A stretch of 61,181 nt of DNA, the filler included, from Dugesia japonica (taxonomy: Eukaryota): NCBI GenBank assembly GCA_001938525.1. It is 6 parts of 6 records of this genome, joined end to end, with 100 filler letters (N's around TTAATTAATTAA, not from the genome) between each part and the next. Parts side by side here need not be neighbours in the genome. Positions count along the whole stretch, not along the records: positions 1 to 9,299 come from MQRL01609716.1; positions 9,400 to 20,637 come from MQRL01544515.1; 4 more parts are not named here. The stretch is one strand, 5' to 3'. The position numbers and the translations under genes are program-made. Every line of letters begins with the position of its first letter. The first letter of the stretch is position 1. Shown here one piece after another: positions 1-12,786 of this stretch. The notes below the pieces were generated by a model. The model was not told where the DNA came from, ran no database searches, and worked only from the letters and a program-made list of their open reading frames with translations.

Positions 1-1704
1 ATTTATTTCTATAATTTAAATTAAACCAGACAATTTAGAATTACTAAAAATTAGAAAGCATATGTTAAGCCATCCTCAGAGAATAAGACGATGGAAACTA
101 ATTTTCAAATTAATTAGTTGTAAACTTAAAATCAGTAATTGGTAGTAATGTTGCTATAAAGCCACGCAACGTTTTTATTAATTTCTCATTCTTGATATTT
201 ACAATTAATAACGACGCTTTTNNNNNNNNNNNNNNNNNNNNNNNNNNNNNNNNNNNNNNNNNNNNNNNNNNNNNNNNNNNNNNNNNNNNNNTAAGATGTT
301 ATATTAGCAACATTATAGATTAGTGGCCCTTTCTTTACCAGTTTGAAAAAATTGGTCAAAAAAGAAAAATTATTTGTAACGTTTTGATCAAATCTTTGAC
401 AATTTTTACTTTAGAAAATTTAAAATACGATACTTTTGTGTAAATGAGTTTTTTAAAATATAATTGACTTTATTAACAAGAACTGCTGTAATAATTATTT
501 TTTATGAATAACCGTATAACATTTGAATCAAAAATTCTAAAATGACTAATATTAAATCTAATCTGAAAAATTATTGGCATCAATATACGTAATTTGCAAT
601 ATAAGTTTGTATGGCTGTAACGCTTCAGTTAAACAACATTTTTAAGTATATAAATTTTCAATTTCTTTAAAATAAAAGCTTCGAAGAAAATGTTTCTTTT
701 TATATTTTTTTTATAACTTTGATGCTGTTTCGACTTTTCTCANNNNNNNNNNNNNNNNNNNNNNNNNNNNNNNNNNNNNNNNNNNNNNNNNNNNNNNNNN
801 NNNNNNNNNNNNNNNNNNNNNNNNNNNNNNNNNNNNNNNNNTTTTGTTTAATGTTTAGATTAAAAAAAATGGTAAATGAAATGGTAAAGTTAATTTTCTT
901 ACATCTAGTTTAAAATTGATTTACAATAATACTTGAACTAATTCTCGACAATGTTCTTGATTTTTTGTGAAATTTCTAGTTATGTAATTTTGTAAGCGAT
1001 TGCGTAAATAGAATTTTAATTAGTCTAGTTTATATATATTTGTCTGCAAATGACTTATTAATCAAATTGAAATTGTTTTTGTTTTTGTAAGTAAATATAT
1101 TAAAATAGTTTAGGATTTACTTTTAAAAGCGAGTGAAATTTTCCTTTTTCTTTATTGCTAATTAGAAAACAAAAAATTTGTTAATTAAAATGAATTGAGA
1201 TTCTTCCAAGAAACAACTAAAATCGTCGAAACAATGTAATTCGTTTAAAAATAAATTATTTTTTTCTATTTCATAATTAAATGTTATTTTTACAAATAAT
1301 GCATATCTAATGAAAATTTATTTTAAAAAAAAATCTTTTTAAATATATTACAACTTTTATGAAATTAATGAAGAATGTAAATTTTTTCGATGATGTTTTT
1401 CGTAATTGAATTTCAATGGACATATTTTCTCTTCGTGTCAATTTGTAAATGCCATTAGTATTGAAAATATATTTGTTGTGGAAAAATAATACTAAAGATT
1501 TTCAATATGACATTTAAAATTTTGTTTATAAATTTTCTTTTTACAATTTTAAATGTGAAGTTGTGCCTGATATTTGATTTTAATTACTGTAGAACTATTT
1601 TTTTGGAAACAATTTCTTTTGTTTGAATAACTGAATCAGAAAAATAGTAATAAATTATTGCTTATTAAAATAATCCTAATATATACAAACATAAATTATA
1701 TACA

Positions 1705-1800
1705 TCAAAATGTTCTGATCGAAGCCATTATTTCAATGAAATCTCAAATGCGATCAATGGTTAAGCCCAACAATTACTCTCGCAATAATATCAATTGTAA
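1705..1800 (+). repeat. Penelope 3'-terminal (pLTR) fragment, one of about a dozen short copies (others near 650-740, 2410-2500, 23650-23760, 30200-30275, 31545-31750, 33930-34053, 34790-34875, 35970-36015, 40205-40271, 45810-45870, 49450-49535)
   Basis: Shared consensus GATCGAAGCTTTTATTT..GATCAATGGTTA(T/A)GTCCAACAATTATTCTCGCAATAATTGTAATTGTAA; the same sequence lies 3' of the GIY-YIG region at 32480-32580. Confidence 0.8.
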
Positions 1801-1839
1801 AAATTTAATAAGTTTTTTAGAAGGTTTCTAAGTGATATT

Positions 1840-1990
1840 TAAAAAAANGTAAAAGAATTTCGAAAATAAAAAAATATTTAAAAAAAAATTAAAAGAATTT
1901 CGAAAATAAAAAAATATTTAAAANTAAAAGAATTTCGAAAATAAAAAAATATTTAAAAAAAAATTAAAAGAATTTCGAAAATAAAAAAAT
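1840..1990. repeat. Tandem repeat, ~35-41 bp unit x4
   Basis: TAAAAGAATTTCGAAAATAAAAAAAT repeated four times. Confidence 0.9.
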
Positions 1991-2769
1991 TCCATTCAAT
2001 GGAACTCTGCAGTCTGCAAAACAGCCGTTCAAAGTAATTTTTATATATTTTAACTTGACATTTATTACATTTTAACAGGATTTTCTGTTGTAGACAAAAA
2101 ATGCATAATTAAAGTTTACAAAGATAGTTGAAATTTGAAATCCGTCAGTGAAATTCTAAATATGAACAAAAAATAATTATTTTTTCTAAAAAAATATACT
2201 TTTCGCGGTTTGTTGCAATATTATTTAGTAGTTGCAGTAAGAATTTACTGCTTGACGTACTTTGCTTCAAGTATTTGTATTTATATATCTATATATTCTA
2301 ATAAACATTACGTGTTTTACTCTTTAAATGAGATCATTTGACAATAACTATCTTTGAAATAATTTCTGGTTGAAAATAGTATAACAATAATAACATGTTT
2401 GTAATTTCATTAAAATAAAGAAAAGGCTTCGATCAAAAATAATAAAATTTCTTTGTATAGAAATTCAAATTTTCGACAATTGTCTTCTTCAGAAACCTGA
2501 TGACTTCTTGATAGATTCAACACAATAGATCTCTGTTACACAATTCTTTAGATTTTATCGAAATTTTATTGGTTTATTTTAATTATGAATTTTAATTTTC
2601 AATTAAATCTCAAAGTTTTTTTAATTAATTCAAAAAGTCTTTTTTGATATTTAAATTTTAGTTGTGTTTTAAATTAATTTTCAAAAATTGACATCGACCA
2701 CAAATTTATTATAAAACATTATAAAACCAATGTTCATGTACAACTGCCTTTAAAGCGGCATAAATACAG

Positions 2770-3215
2770 TTATATTATGCACTATTTATTCAAACAAATT
2801 GTTACCTGCGAAACAACGTCACCACATGAACTCAAACAAGTAGCTGCCTAACATACTTTTAGCTGTACCAAAGTGTCTTCTGTTCCTGCTTTTGGCGTAG
2901 TTCCATGAGATTTCAATATTCTGCGTATGATAACCTGTCATGGGATCAACAAAATTTTGAGAATGGTTGACAGTTAGATGTTTGTAGCCAAAGTTTTGAA
3001 TACCACTATAGGATGGTCACATATCCGATATAATAGTTGTTACTGGAAAAATTGCATTCTGTATAATTGATAACAATATTGCTGCAGATCTATCGGATAC
3101 TGTATATAAAAAACATTGTTTGGTTTCTCGGCAAATTCCTTCAAAAACCTATTGAGTTGGGAATACTTGACCAACATTGTTTTTTTGACAGCTAAACATG
3201 CTTTCATCTATCTAT
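2770..3215 (-). mobile_element. Merlin / ISXO2 (IS1595-like) DDE transposase remnant
   Basis: Manual translation: IDESMFS..VFEGICRETKQCFLYTVSDRSAAILLSIIQNAIFPVTTIISDM*PSY..HLTVNHSQNFVDPMTGYHTQNIEISWNYAKSRNRRHFGT..SYLFEFMW; internal stops. Confidence 0.9.
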
Positions 3216-4739
3216 ACCCATGTACCTATGTGCATATGTAGTAGTACCTATCTAGTAAGTGCATTAACCTATTTTTAACTGGCTAATTGCTGTTCCAAAT
3301 ATGTAGCTAGTGTGTGTTACCAATTATTGAGTTATTTGAGATTAATTAATAATTTTCAAAAAAATTGCGGGGAAAAAGTGGATAAGCACCGGAAATTTTG
3401 TAGAAGTTATATTAGACAGTTTCTTACAAATCAATATTATATAATTCCCATAATATTTCATTACTGTACTAATCTATTTATTAAAAAGTTTCGCAACAAT
3501 TCAAAAAATATTTTTGTGGATGCCCATGATTTGTAAACCTCTGTAATCATAACATATCATTTGATTTTTATTATTAATAAAATCAATTTAATTAAGATTT
3601 TATTAAAGAAAAATCCCATAGAAGTATTTCTCAAAATTATGGCTTCAAGAAGAGAATATTTTTTATTTGTAGAAAATTTAAAGTAAAATAATTGAAAAAA
3701 ATAGTTTATTTTCATTTAATCAAAAATCATGTAAATATATTTTTCAAATAAAATAAAAAATATATTATTATAATAATTGTTCAGTCATGTTTTTGGTTGA
3801 TATTTGACTGGATTTTTTAGTTACAAAAAATGCTAGACAAAATTTTAATCTATTCTTTTTCAATTTCACAAATATGAAATATTACCGATCGGTAAAATTT
3901 TGAAAAACGATATTCTAATTTAAAGTGAAAAGTTATTTATTTAAAAATATCTAGTTGTAATTGACATTCGCTCTACCAGAAAATTTATTGATTTATTTAT
4001 GGCCAAATTATTCTTATTAATTACCTTATTGATTTATATTGATTTTTCAATAATTATTTTTTGAATAAGTATGTTTGCATGTAAGGTTTTATCTTTCTTT
4101 ATTATTACTTGAATTATAATTTATAATTTGATGTACTACTGTTGACAAAAAGTAAATGGACTTTTTATTTTAAACTCGAAAGTCGTAGTCAAAAATGTTT
4201 CAGCCTTTAGTTAAATTTGCTATTAATATCAATTTAATTTATACATACCTTTGATATTGTTTCTTTGTTCATTCGAATAAATTTTTGACATTCGATTTTT
4301 TAAATGGGTTATATATAGTACTAGTGCGAGAATCTTATTCACGAGTCTGCGCGCTTTCACTACTCACCTTATTATTTTTCGATGTTTTGTTACTTATTAT
4401 CCACTTATCATTATAGTAAATAGCAGTAAGTTTTAGCATTAATCCATTTTTGTTAACAACTGCAAAATTAATTTCAAAGAGTTTCTCTGTTTAAGTTTTA
4501 AGTGTTTCATTATAATTTATGTAAATAATGTATTAATCGGATTGATGCCATGGCGCTTGCCTGTGGCTTAGACTTTGAAGACCCGCTTACGCCGGTTCTG
4601 TTTATATATTTAAGAACACTAAATTTTGTGTAAAATAAAATTAATTAAATACACTTTAAAATTATGCAGAAAGCATTTGGTAATTTATCACTATTGAGAA
4701 AAAACTACATTCAATTGATATAAGCTCGTCAGAGAAGAT

Positions 4740-5170
4740 CGTTGATCAATTTAAATCCACATTGTTCTGTTCATTCATCAACATTAATAATTGAAGAAAA
4801 TGTCAAAGAAATTAAAAGCAAAGTAATGGTAAATCGTTATTTGATGGTAAGAGAGCTTGCTAAAGATGTTGAAATATCAAGAGATTCAACAGACTTAATT
4901 TTATAGACAGATAATTTAAGGGTTTTGCATCATGATAGCGCACCTGTTCAATTAGCATTCGTATGATTCTCGCTAAACATTCAAAAGATATTGCTCCACA
5001 GGCGCTGTATTCTCCTGTAATGTTGCTATGTAATTTGTTCCTATACGATCGACTAAAGAAACCACTTTGAAGAACCCAATGTGAGTTAGTAAAATCAATA
5101 AAACAAATATTGAAAGATGTGCTTATGAATACAAAAATTATTTTGAAGCTTGAATTAAACGATGACATTT
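4740..5170 (+). mobile_element. Mariner transposase remnant, internally deleted
   Basis: HTH-like NRYLMVRELAKDVEISRDS joined almost directly to LHHDSAP...QALYSPVMLLCNLFLYDRLKKPL (HDNAP / YSPDLAPCD-like motifs). Confidence 0.8.
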
Positions 5171-5199
5171 GTAGTTTGTTCTTAATATAAATCTCTTTA

Positions 5200-7020
5200 A
5201 ATACAGATATTGCTTGAACTTTACAAATATGTGTACCGCTAATAGTATTGACTTGTCACACAGTACCTTTTTTCATGAGCTATCAAATATCTGGATCTAT
5301 ACGCTATTATCACTTTCTTTTCATTTTCGCATTGACTGCGCCGATGGCTCTAAAACTAGCGGCTTGTCTAACATCCACATCAGATTTTCCCATGGATATT
5401 CTAATACTGGAGCACTACATAATGAATCAAAACTGTTCTGGCATGCTTCTATCCAAACCAATAGTTTGCTGCAACCTCAAGTTGCTTCATATAAAAAACC
5501 TCCTATCTTTGAATAATCTTTTATGAAACTCTATGGTAGTTTGTTAGTCCGAGAAACAAAAGACGTTTAGAAGAACATTCTGAAATTATATCATTCGTAA
5601 TTTGCTGAATCTTAACTTCATTAGTACGTATATCAGCTGCACTCACTGTATGTTCCAAGAACAACACTTCGTTCTGTAAAACTTACATTTTTACGGGTTT
5701 ATTCTTAATCCCGAATCCATGATCCTGTTATCTCTAACATTTTGTCGTGATCTTCTAAGGTTTTTCAGTACTGCAGAATGTTGTCCAGATATACAATAAC
5801 TACAATGAAAATTAATCTCTTCAATAACTCATGCTTTAACCTTTGAAAAGTTGTTATAATTTGTTACGCTCTCATCTTCTTCTTTTGAATTTTCTATTTC
5901 TCCAGAATACACCAAGATTTAGTGTTCCTTCTACCAGACCAACTCTATAACATTGAACAAAATCTAAAATTATTAATTAAATATTAATTAAGTAAACATT
6001 TATTAATTAAACACAAATTAAACATCTGTCTTTTAACGGGCATTGATAATTTTTATGCAAATGTTATCCACAGCAATAACGTAGTCTCTTCTGGAGTTTC
6101 TCCTCACGAGGTTCAGAAAATCCTTTCTGTCTATTAAAATAATATCATGTCAAATATTTCATCGATACTGTTGGTTTAGGCCTCCTAGTCTTTATCTTAT
6201 TTTCCGACATCGCTGGTTGGATGTTACTCTTATATACTCTTTTTAGTAGCAAATTATTTATACGTATTTTCTGTTTACCCTGTCATACAGTACTATTTTT
6301 CATAAGCTAATAAATATCTGGATTTATGTCTGCTTATGTATAGTTTCACTACATTTTTATAACTCATCTCTTTTTGAATCATACAGATGTTTTACTTTTC
6401 AGCCATTCGTTGAAAATGTTCCTTATCCTTGTAAATCTTTATTAGTGATTTCATTTAATTTCGATATCAAGACGCGTTGTCAATGTTTCTCTCAACTTTG
6501 TATTTTTCATTATCTTTGAGTGTTTGTCCTTAATCATTTCATCTTTACTTAATCCCGATTTCATTATCTATCAGATTTCATATTCTGATTTTAAAGGTTG
6601 CAAATTTTTCTCTAGTCTCTAGTTTCGTCATTGAAAATTCTAAAATCAGCTCTGAAAATGATTTTTTATCATAAATGTGTCTGTGAACAATCAAATAGCT
6701 TCCTCCGTTTTAACCTCAATCATTTCGAGATCTTTTCAAAGAATCCTTGCTTCTTCTGACTATAGTAAATTTGAAATATCCAACAAACTGAAATCATTAA
6801 TGATAGTTCATTGCTCGATATCCTCGAAAAATTTGGAAATTTCTTCTGCGCCTTTACCATAATATTTTCTGACATTGAAATTGATCAATTTTTGTACTTT
6901 TTTGGTAATGTAATAAAATATATTTCTGTTGGCGCTGTTCTCTTGTTACTACAGTTCATAGTCCTGACGAGATTGCCAGTTACAATATCCCTGTCATCTA
7001 TTATAATTGAACAATAACCA
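5200..7020 (-). mobile_element. Degraded Gypsy LTR retrotransposon: gag (~6030-7000) with zinc knuckle, and RT/RNaseH remnant (~5200-5810)
   Basis: KYYGKGAEEISKFFEDIE gag-like start; decayed CCHC knuckle RYCCG*HLHKNYQCP at ~6037-6081; VIVYLDNIL (YxDD-like), FIKDYSKI, WIEACQNSFDSLCSAPVLEYP. Confidence 0.75.
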
Positions 7021-7200
7021 AATACTTAGAATATTTATTAAATATAAATTGTAACCTTAATTCTTATTATTGAAACAATGTTATTTTAAATATCCATAAC
7101 ATTATTAAAATAATGAAAAACATTAATTTTATTAAGGGTTTTATTTAAATTAATATAGAATTTTGAAACATTTCAAAGACAGACGGATAAGTGTTTAAAC

Positions 7201-8690
7201 CATGGGTATCTAACCTTTGACTGTTTGTGGGCCAAATTGCAAACAAAAAAAATTTCTATGCCACACATAAAATTTATTAGGGAAAAATAAAAAAGGATTT
7301 GTGTATTTCTATTAAAATTAAAAGGTTTGTATATAGTTCTTTAATTTGAGCAATGTATGCATAGATACGTACATATAAGTTTTAAAATAATAAAGGTTTC
7401 GTTTTATTTAATTTGGTTTTCATAAAAAATGGGAAAAATCACTTTAATGAGAAGGATGTATTTTTTTGCACAAGTAATTCAATATCGGGTTCAATAGACG
7501 AATTTGCTATTATTAATGCATATTCAAGATGTTTGTCAGTGAATTTTATCCTATTTTTGCTTTTTGCATGTTTCATTTTTGAAAATAATTGTTCACAAAT
7601 ATAGGTACTGCCAAAAGCTGAGAACATTCATAAAGTATGATTATGAAAATTAGGATATTTGTCGCGTGGTATTTAATCCTTTAAAATTCTAGTAATGAAA
7701 TATTTCCAAATTTGTCTTTCAGTTGAATGTCACTTTGCAGTTCAATGCATTCCATTTGAAGATACGTTATTTATATTAAGAGAAAATGGGGTAGAAAATG
7801 TTTTAAAATACTCTTCATTTTTATGAAAATCTTGGAATCTACTTTTAAACTCTTGAATTAAATTAAAAATTAATACAACATTTTTTTCATAATAATTAGA
7901 ATCCATAGGCTGACGTGCAGCCAAAGTACTGAAATGTGTAAAATCGTTTATTTTTATCTGATTGCGCAAAAAAAATTTACTTTTTTCAAATTTTATTACT
8001 GTCTGAAACAAATTGTTTACAAATTGATTTTTTTCGTTGAAGTCTCAAATTAAAATCATTCAAATTTTCTGTAATGTCCACTAAAAAACCTAAATCTAAA
8101 ACCCAATCTCTGTCTTCAAATTCAGTAACAGCTTTTCCTTTTGTATTTATATCTATTTTATTTCAGTTCTCAAATTGTAAATTCTTTTGAGCAATTTTCC
8201 TTTACTGAGCCATCTTACTTCTGTAAAATAAATAACATCTGCAAATTCAGTGTCCATTGCTTTAAAAATTCCTGGAATTGTCTATGATGAAATCTTTTTG
8301 ATCTTATAAATTTAATGGTTTTTATAATAACGCTTACACACTTTCCATTTTTAAAAATTTTCCACATGATTGCTCTGACGTATAATACAATGATGGATCA
8401 TCAAGATTATATTCCCGGTAGCAACAGCTTCATTATGAACCATTTTAATGAGTCCTCCTTTTTACCAACCATTGCAGGTGCTCTATTGGTTATGATAGCT
8501 GATAAATATTTTATAGACAAGGAAAGCATTTGCATGGTCGTTTTTAATGCATCAAATAAATCTGTAGACGTGGTTGTGTTTTCTAAAGATTCTAAAGCAA
8601 CCATTTCTTTAGTGATGTTATAATTTTCATCAATTCCTGGGATAAAATTCCTAATTGTGCCGTATCGGAAGCATCAGTACTGTCGTCTAA
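7201..8690 (-). mobile_element. hAT Buster/SPIN-type (GTF2IRD2-like) transposase remnant with one terminus
   Basis: LDDSTDASDTAQL, TNRAPAMVG, YFTEVRWLSKGK, FGSTYICEQLFSKMK motifs; terminus CATGGGTATCTAACCTTT..GTGGGCCA at 7201 preceded by nnnTAnnn-type target GTTTAAAC (7193-7200). Confidence 0.92.
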
Positions 8691-9299
8691 GTCTTAGACG
8701 ATTTAGACTTTGCATTTTCATGTTCAGTCTGGCATTTTGAACAATAACTAAAGTCAGTTTTGACATACCATCAGCATAAGAATGATGTTACCCTTTTCTA
8801 TATATTCAATACAAAATCATATTCTAATAAATCGTTAATCAAAGTCTGAAACTGCAGCATAATTGGTTTTTTGAATTCTTTATAAATTCTAGAGCTTTGT
8901 AATCGGTTTTCGCGACAAAACTTTTCTCATAAAGATAATGCCGAAAATATCGAATAAATTCATAAAAAGCCAAAAACTCATTCCTGGTCACGCAATATCC
9001 TTTTTCATGAGCGTTTTACTACCTTGATTCATATACAATAACGACTTTCATACCGTTTTGTGATTTGCTCAGTACAGCACCAATTCCCGGAAAAACTGGC
9101 ATCAGTATCCAGCATGAATTGACCTTCTGAATTAGGATACCCCAGTACAGGAGAGTTACAAATGGCTGGCTTGATTTTCTCAAAACTCGTCTTGCATTCC
9201 TTTGTCCACATTATTATGTGCTTTTGACTTTCGGTAGCAGCATATAAAGATGTAGCAAGTTGCTAAAATTCTTTATAAATTTTCTGTAACAATTTTCAA
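8691..9299 (-). mobile_element. Gypsy RT-connection/RNaseH remnant abutting the truncated hAT element
   Basis: WTKECKTSFEKIKPAICNSPVLGYPNSEGQFMLDTDAS, then HSYADGMS (NADxxS-like) motif. Confidence 0.9.
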
Positions 9300-9399
9300 N
9301 NNNNNNNNNNNNNNNNNNNNNNNNNNNNNNNNNNNNNNNNNNNTTAATTAATTAANNNNNNNNNNNNNNNNNNNNNNNNNNNNNNNNNNNNNNNNNNNN
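9300..9399. other. Artificial contig-joining spacer (44 N + TTAATTAATTAA + 44 N)
   Basis: Six-frame-stop 12-mer at 9344-9355 inside a 100-nt N block; identical block recurs four more times. Confidence 0.97.
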
Positions 9400-10125
9400 A
9401 AATTATATTTTGTATTTTTGAAATAATTAATAATAATCAATAATAAAACTAATAATAATAATCAAAAATAATAAACAATAAAAATAATCAAGAAACATAA
9501 TCAATAATAATAATAAATAAAATTATGAATAATAATAATAATCAATAATAATAAATAATATTAATAATAATAATAATCATCAATAATCGATAGTGTAGCA
9601 CCTTCGTAGTGATTTTATTATTATATTACAATGAATTTAATCAAATATCAAAATAATAATATCAAAAAATAATTTCTAACTATTGATAACGAAACTCACC
9701 AAGTCATATCGTAATTTNNNNNNNNNNNNNNNNNNNNNNNNNNNNNNNNNNNNNNNNNNNNNNNNNNAAATTTGAAAATTGTATTGAAAAAATGATTTTA
9801 TCAATTAAATAATTTGAAAATTATTTGTAAAAATTCAACAAAATATTTTAATAAATTTAGAATTTTACATTTAAACAAAAATTATTATTCCAATTAAATT
9901 ATGAATTTTATTTTCAAAAATAATTTCTAACTATTGATAACGAAACTCACCAAGTCATATCGTAATTTAATCATTTCAGACAACTCCNNNNNNNNNNNNN
10001 NNNNNNNNNNNNNNNNNNNNNNNNNNNNNNNNNNNNNNNNNNNNNNNNNNNNNNNNNNNNNNNNNNNNNNNNNNNNNNNNNNNTCTATTAATTTATAATC
10101 GATTGCTATCAATAATTTTTCATAA

Positions 10126-10392
10126 TCAGGAATTTTGGAAATATAATGATATGCGCTGGAATATTTCTAGAAAACGATTTTTATGAATTGAAAAAAAATT
10201 TATAACCCGAATAGGATAAATTTTAAAAATTTCAAAATCTTTCAAAAGGTTAATATGGATTTGTGCCAGACATCTATAACCTTCAATATATAATTCAAGT
10301 TCTTCAGGCTTGTATTCATTAAAATGCTTGTTAAAATCATTCCAATCTATTTTCTTTTCACTCCAAACTAATATTTTATTTTTTTCTTCCAT
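10126..10392 (-). CDS. Short orphan ORF (88 aa) in the virus-like cassette
   Basis: ATG-started, uninterrupted ORF with globular-looking composition, co-oriented with neighbouring ORFs; no family recognised. Confidence 0.35.
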   Translation of the reverse strand: MEEKNKILVWSEKKIDWNDFNKHFNEYKPEELELYIEGYRCLAQIHINLLKDFEIFKIYPIRVINFFSIHKNRFLEIFQRISLYFQNS

Positions 10393-10937
10393 CTTTTCAT
10401 AAAAGTTTTCAACACACTTAATGAATAAAATAATATTTTAAAAGTAAATAATTTCTATAGAAAATTAATTTATAATAAAAAATTTTAATTACAACACAGG
10501 TAGGATCCTTGAGCAAATCTAGAAAATTGCTTTTAAGACTATCTTTTAAATCACTATCCATTCAACAAATGTGAATATTTTATATCCGAAAATGTTTTAA
10601 ATATTTGCAGTTTTTTAAAAATATTCAAGTATTTTAAACAAAACAAAAAATAACCTTGAAAAAATATTTAATTTTAATTATATTTAGCTCAAAATTTTGT
10701 GCAATATTTAGTAAGGTAAATATATATTAACTTTCAATATTATGCTCTATTATGTCTATCAGTATTTTTCAGTCAAATTACNNNNNNNNNNNNNNNNNNN
10801 NNNNNNNNNNNNNNNNNNNNNNNNNNNNNNNNNNNNNNNNNNNNNNNNNNNNNNNNNNNNNNNNNNNTATCAAGTAATGCATATTTAAAGTTAATGATAA
10901 TTTTCAAAATTTTCAAAATGATGAGTTTTTGTTGGAT

Positions 10938-11165
10938 TTAGATGCAAGTTGGTTTCTTGGAAAGAGGGTGAGTGGGGGAAAATAATATACCTAATAGGGG
11001 AATCATGAAGGAAATAATTCCTCCAGAATGTCCTTCAGAATAACTAAAAACAATACTGGTATTAATAATAAAATAAATATCACTGTTTTCGTCTAGGAAT
11101 ACGCCCTCTTCTTGTTTAATAACAACTTCTTCATAATCGGAAATTATAATAACTTTTTCAGTCAT
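10938..11165 (-). CDS. Short orphan ORF (75 aa) in the virus-like cassette
   Basis: ATG-started ORF, acidic N-half and hydrophobic C-half; no family recognised. Confidence 0.35.
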   Translation of the reverse strand: MTEKVIIISDYEEVVIKQEEGVFLDENSDIYFIINTSIVFSYSEGHSGGIISFMIPLLGILFSPTHPLSKKPTCI

Positions 11166-11340
11166 AATTTTTTAATAATAATAATTCAAAAGAAAATGAA
11201 TAAGGATTGCAATATATAATATATGTATAATAAAATACTGCAACGTAATATTTCAGTTATTTGAAAATTAAATAACTAAATTTAAATTGATATTTTTTGT
11301 ACTTAAATTGTCCTTGTTTTGCCTCCGCGTTGCGAATTTT

Positions 11341-11791
11341 CTAAGTATTTTCAAGTAAATTAAAGAAATCTGAAGTAATATTATTCACATATCCCTGAAA
11401 ATACAAATTTTTAGTCCAAGTGTTACTNNNNNNNNNNNNNNNNNNNNNNNNNNNNNNNNNNNNNNNNNNNNNNNNNNNNNNNNNNAGGAAATAACCCTGG
11501 TTTGAACAATCAGTTGACTATTCTTGCTAATTTATACAAATTTATTAAAACTCCCATATTTACGATAATTTTTAATGATTGTAATTGTAAATTCTTTATA
11601 TCATAGGGTTTCAAATCATGCAGTTCCAATGGTTTCTTACAACCCATTATTCCGCATTTTCCTGATCTGAAGAATATAATTGTATATTTGTCACTTTTGA
11701 CTTTGAATTGACATGGTTTGGCAATAGGTAAACTCATTTTCTTTGTTACTTCTTGCGTCACTTTACCTCGGTAATTAATATTGGTTATCAT
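11341..11791 (-). pseudogene. Compact TATA-binding-protein-like gene (~150 aa, two TBP repeats), disrupted
   Basis: MITNINYRGK..YTIIFFRSGKCGIMGCK (TBP LIFxSGKxxxTGAK)..LQLQSLKIIVNMGVLINLYKLARIVN*LFKPGLFP (YEPELFP), 58-nt gap, then VTLGLK; in-frame TGA at 11510 and a probable frameshift near 11410. Confidence 0.8.
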
Positions 11792-12277
11792 AATTAATGA
11801 ATTTGCTGAGATACTTTTGGGGATTATTATCACAATAAATCATCAGTGCGTGAGTTTGAAACAATTGATTTTAATAAACATAATAATCCCAGTATATTAT
11901 CGTTATAATTTTTCATCTTATATATCTTAATATGTTTACTATAAATAAAATTATATTAATAAATATGCTGGGTTGCTAGGCTTTTTTATGTTGTTTTAAT
12001 ATTCGATTTTATTGCTTTTAATTTCATTCTCTTAATCATAACTGCTTTCTCTTTCGATTATTTGTACTGTCCGGGGGATGACACCTAACAACCACAGAAA
12101 TTTTTGGTACTCTCTCTAGTAACACGATCCCCCTTTTCCCGGTTCCAGTGGGACTACGCGGTATCCAGTCTTAGTTTTCAATTTCGTTGAAGTCTGACTC
12201 TCAAATTGTGGATGTTATTGTTCAATAATATACTCTTTGAATACAACACTTTATGAATAAACTTTATTTCATAACAA

Positions 12278-12649
12278 TCATTCGTTGATATTAATAATGT
12301 CTTTTTCTTGGTTGATTTCTTTGACTGATTTAGATACTTGGGTAAATGTGCGAACGGTGGATATCAGCACTCCTTCCCGATCAGCATACGTCTTGATAAT
12401 ATCGGCCAAAGCCCGGCATGTATGCGTTAGTGCCAGCTCTCTTTCTTTCATCTTGTCCATTTTATCCCTGAGCTGTAAATTTCTTTGCTGTAACTCCACG
12501 ATCTCACTTTTTAATTTTCGCTGTATGGCGAACCGTTTGGCTTTAATGTCGGTCATAGATGTATCAGTGAGATATAGCATTTGATAAGTATTCTTAGATA
12601 AATAATTTATTAAGATGTAAAATCGTTCATTAGTTAACCAGAACTTCAT
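12278..12649 (-). CDS. Coiled-coil orphan ORF (123 aa)
   Basis: Open ORF, raised GC, basic stretch plus heptads (KAKRFAIQRKLKSEIVELQQRNLQLRDKMDKMKERELAL). Confidence 0.55.
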   Translation of the reverse strand: MKFWLTNERFYILINYLSKNTYQMLYLTDTSMTDIKAKRFAIQRKLKSEIVELQQRNLQLRDKMDKMKERELALTHTCRALADIIKTYADREGVLISTVRTFTQVSKSVKEINQEKDIININE

Positions 12650-12786
12650 AAGTTAACTCATTATAGCTTAAGGTGAAATTTATCTCTAATACTTTAAACA
12701 GAAAATTAAGACCATAAATTTATTAACTAAAATTATATTGCTGATTTCACAAAGATCACACTATTGTTTCCACAATATCTACTGTC

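Noticed and set aside
4545-4600. GC-rich island as a tRNA or ncRNA
   Set aside because: No cloverleaf or A/B boxes; looks more like a lone hAT terminus (reverse complement CAGAACCGGCGTAAG) with no partner
6100-6560. RTE non-LTR reverse transcriptase
   Set aside because: First impression from one frame; the region fits better as gag, continuous with a CCHC knuckle and downstream Gypsy pol
9344-9355. TTAATTAATTAA as a biological motif or piggyBac site
   Set aside because: Always centred in an identical 100-nt N block; it is a synthetic linker
9660-9970. Direct repeat of ~55 bp (9664-9717 / 9915-9968)
   Set aside because: Both copies lie next to N gaps; probably assembly overlap
11510-11512. 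TGA as selenocysteine or an alternative genetic code in the TBP-like gene
   Set aside because: Neighbouring relics carry TAA/TAG stops and frameshifts too; ordinary decay is the simpler explanation
12285-12584. Plus-strand ORFs antisense to coiled-coil or TE ORFs (also 42839, 8315, 56911, 57474)
   Set aside because: Shadow frames of the real minus-strand coding sequence
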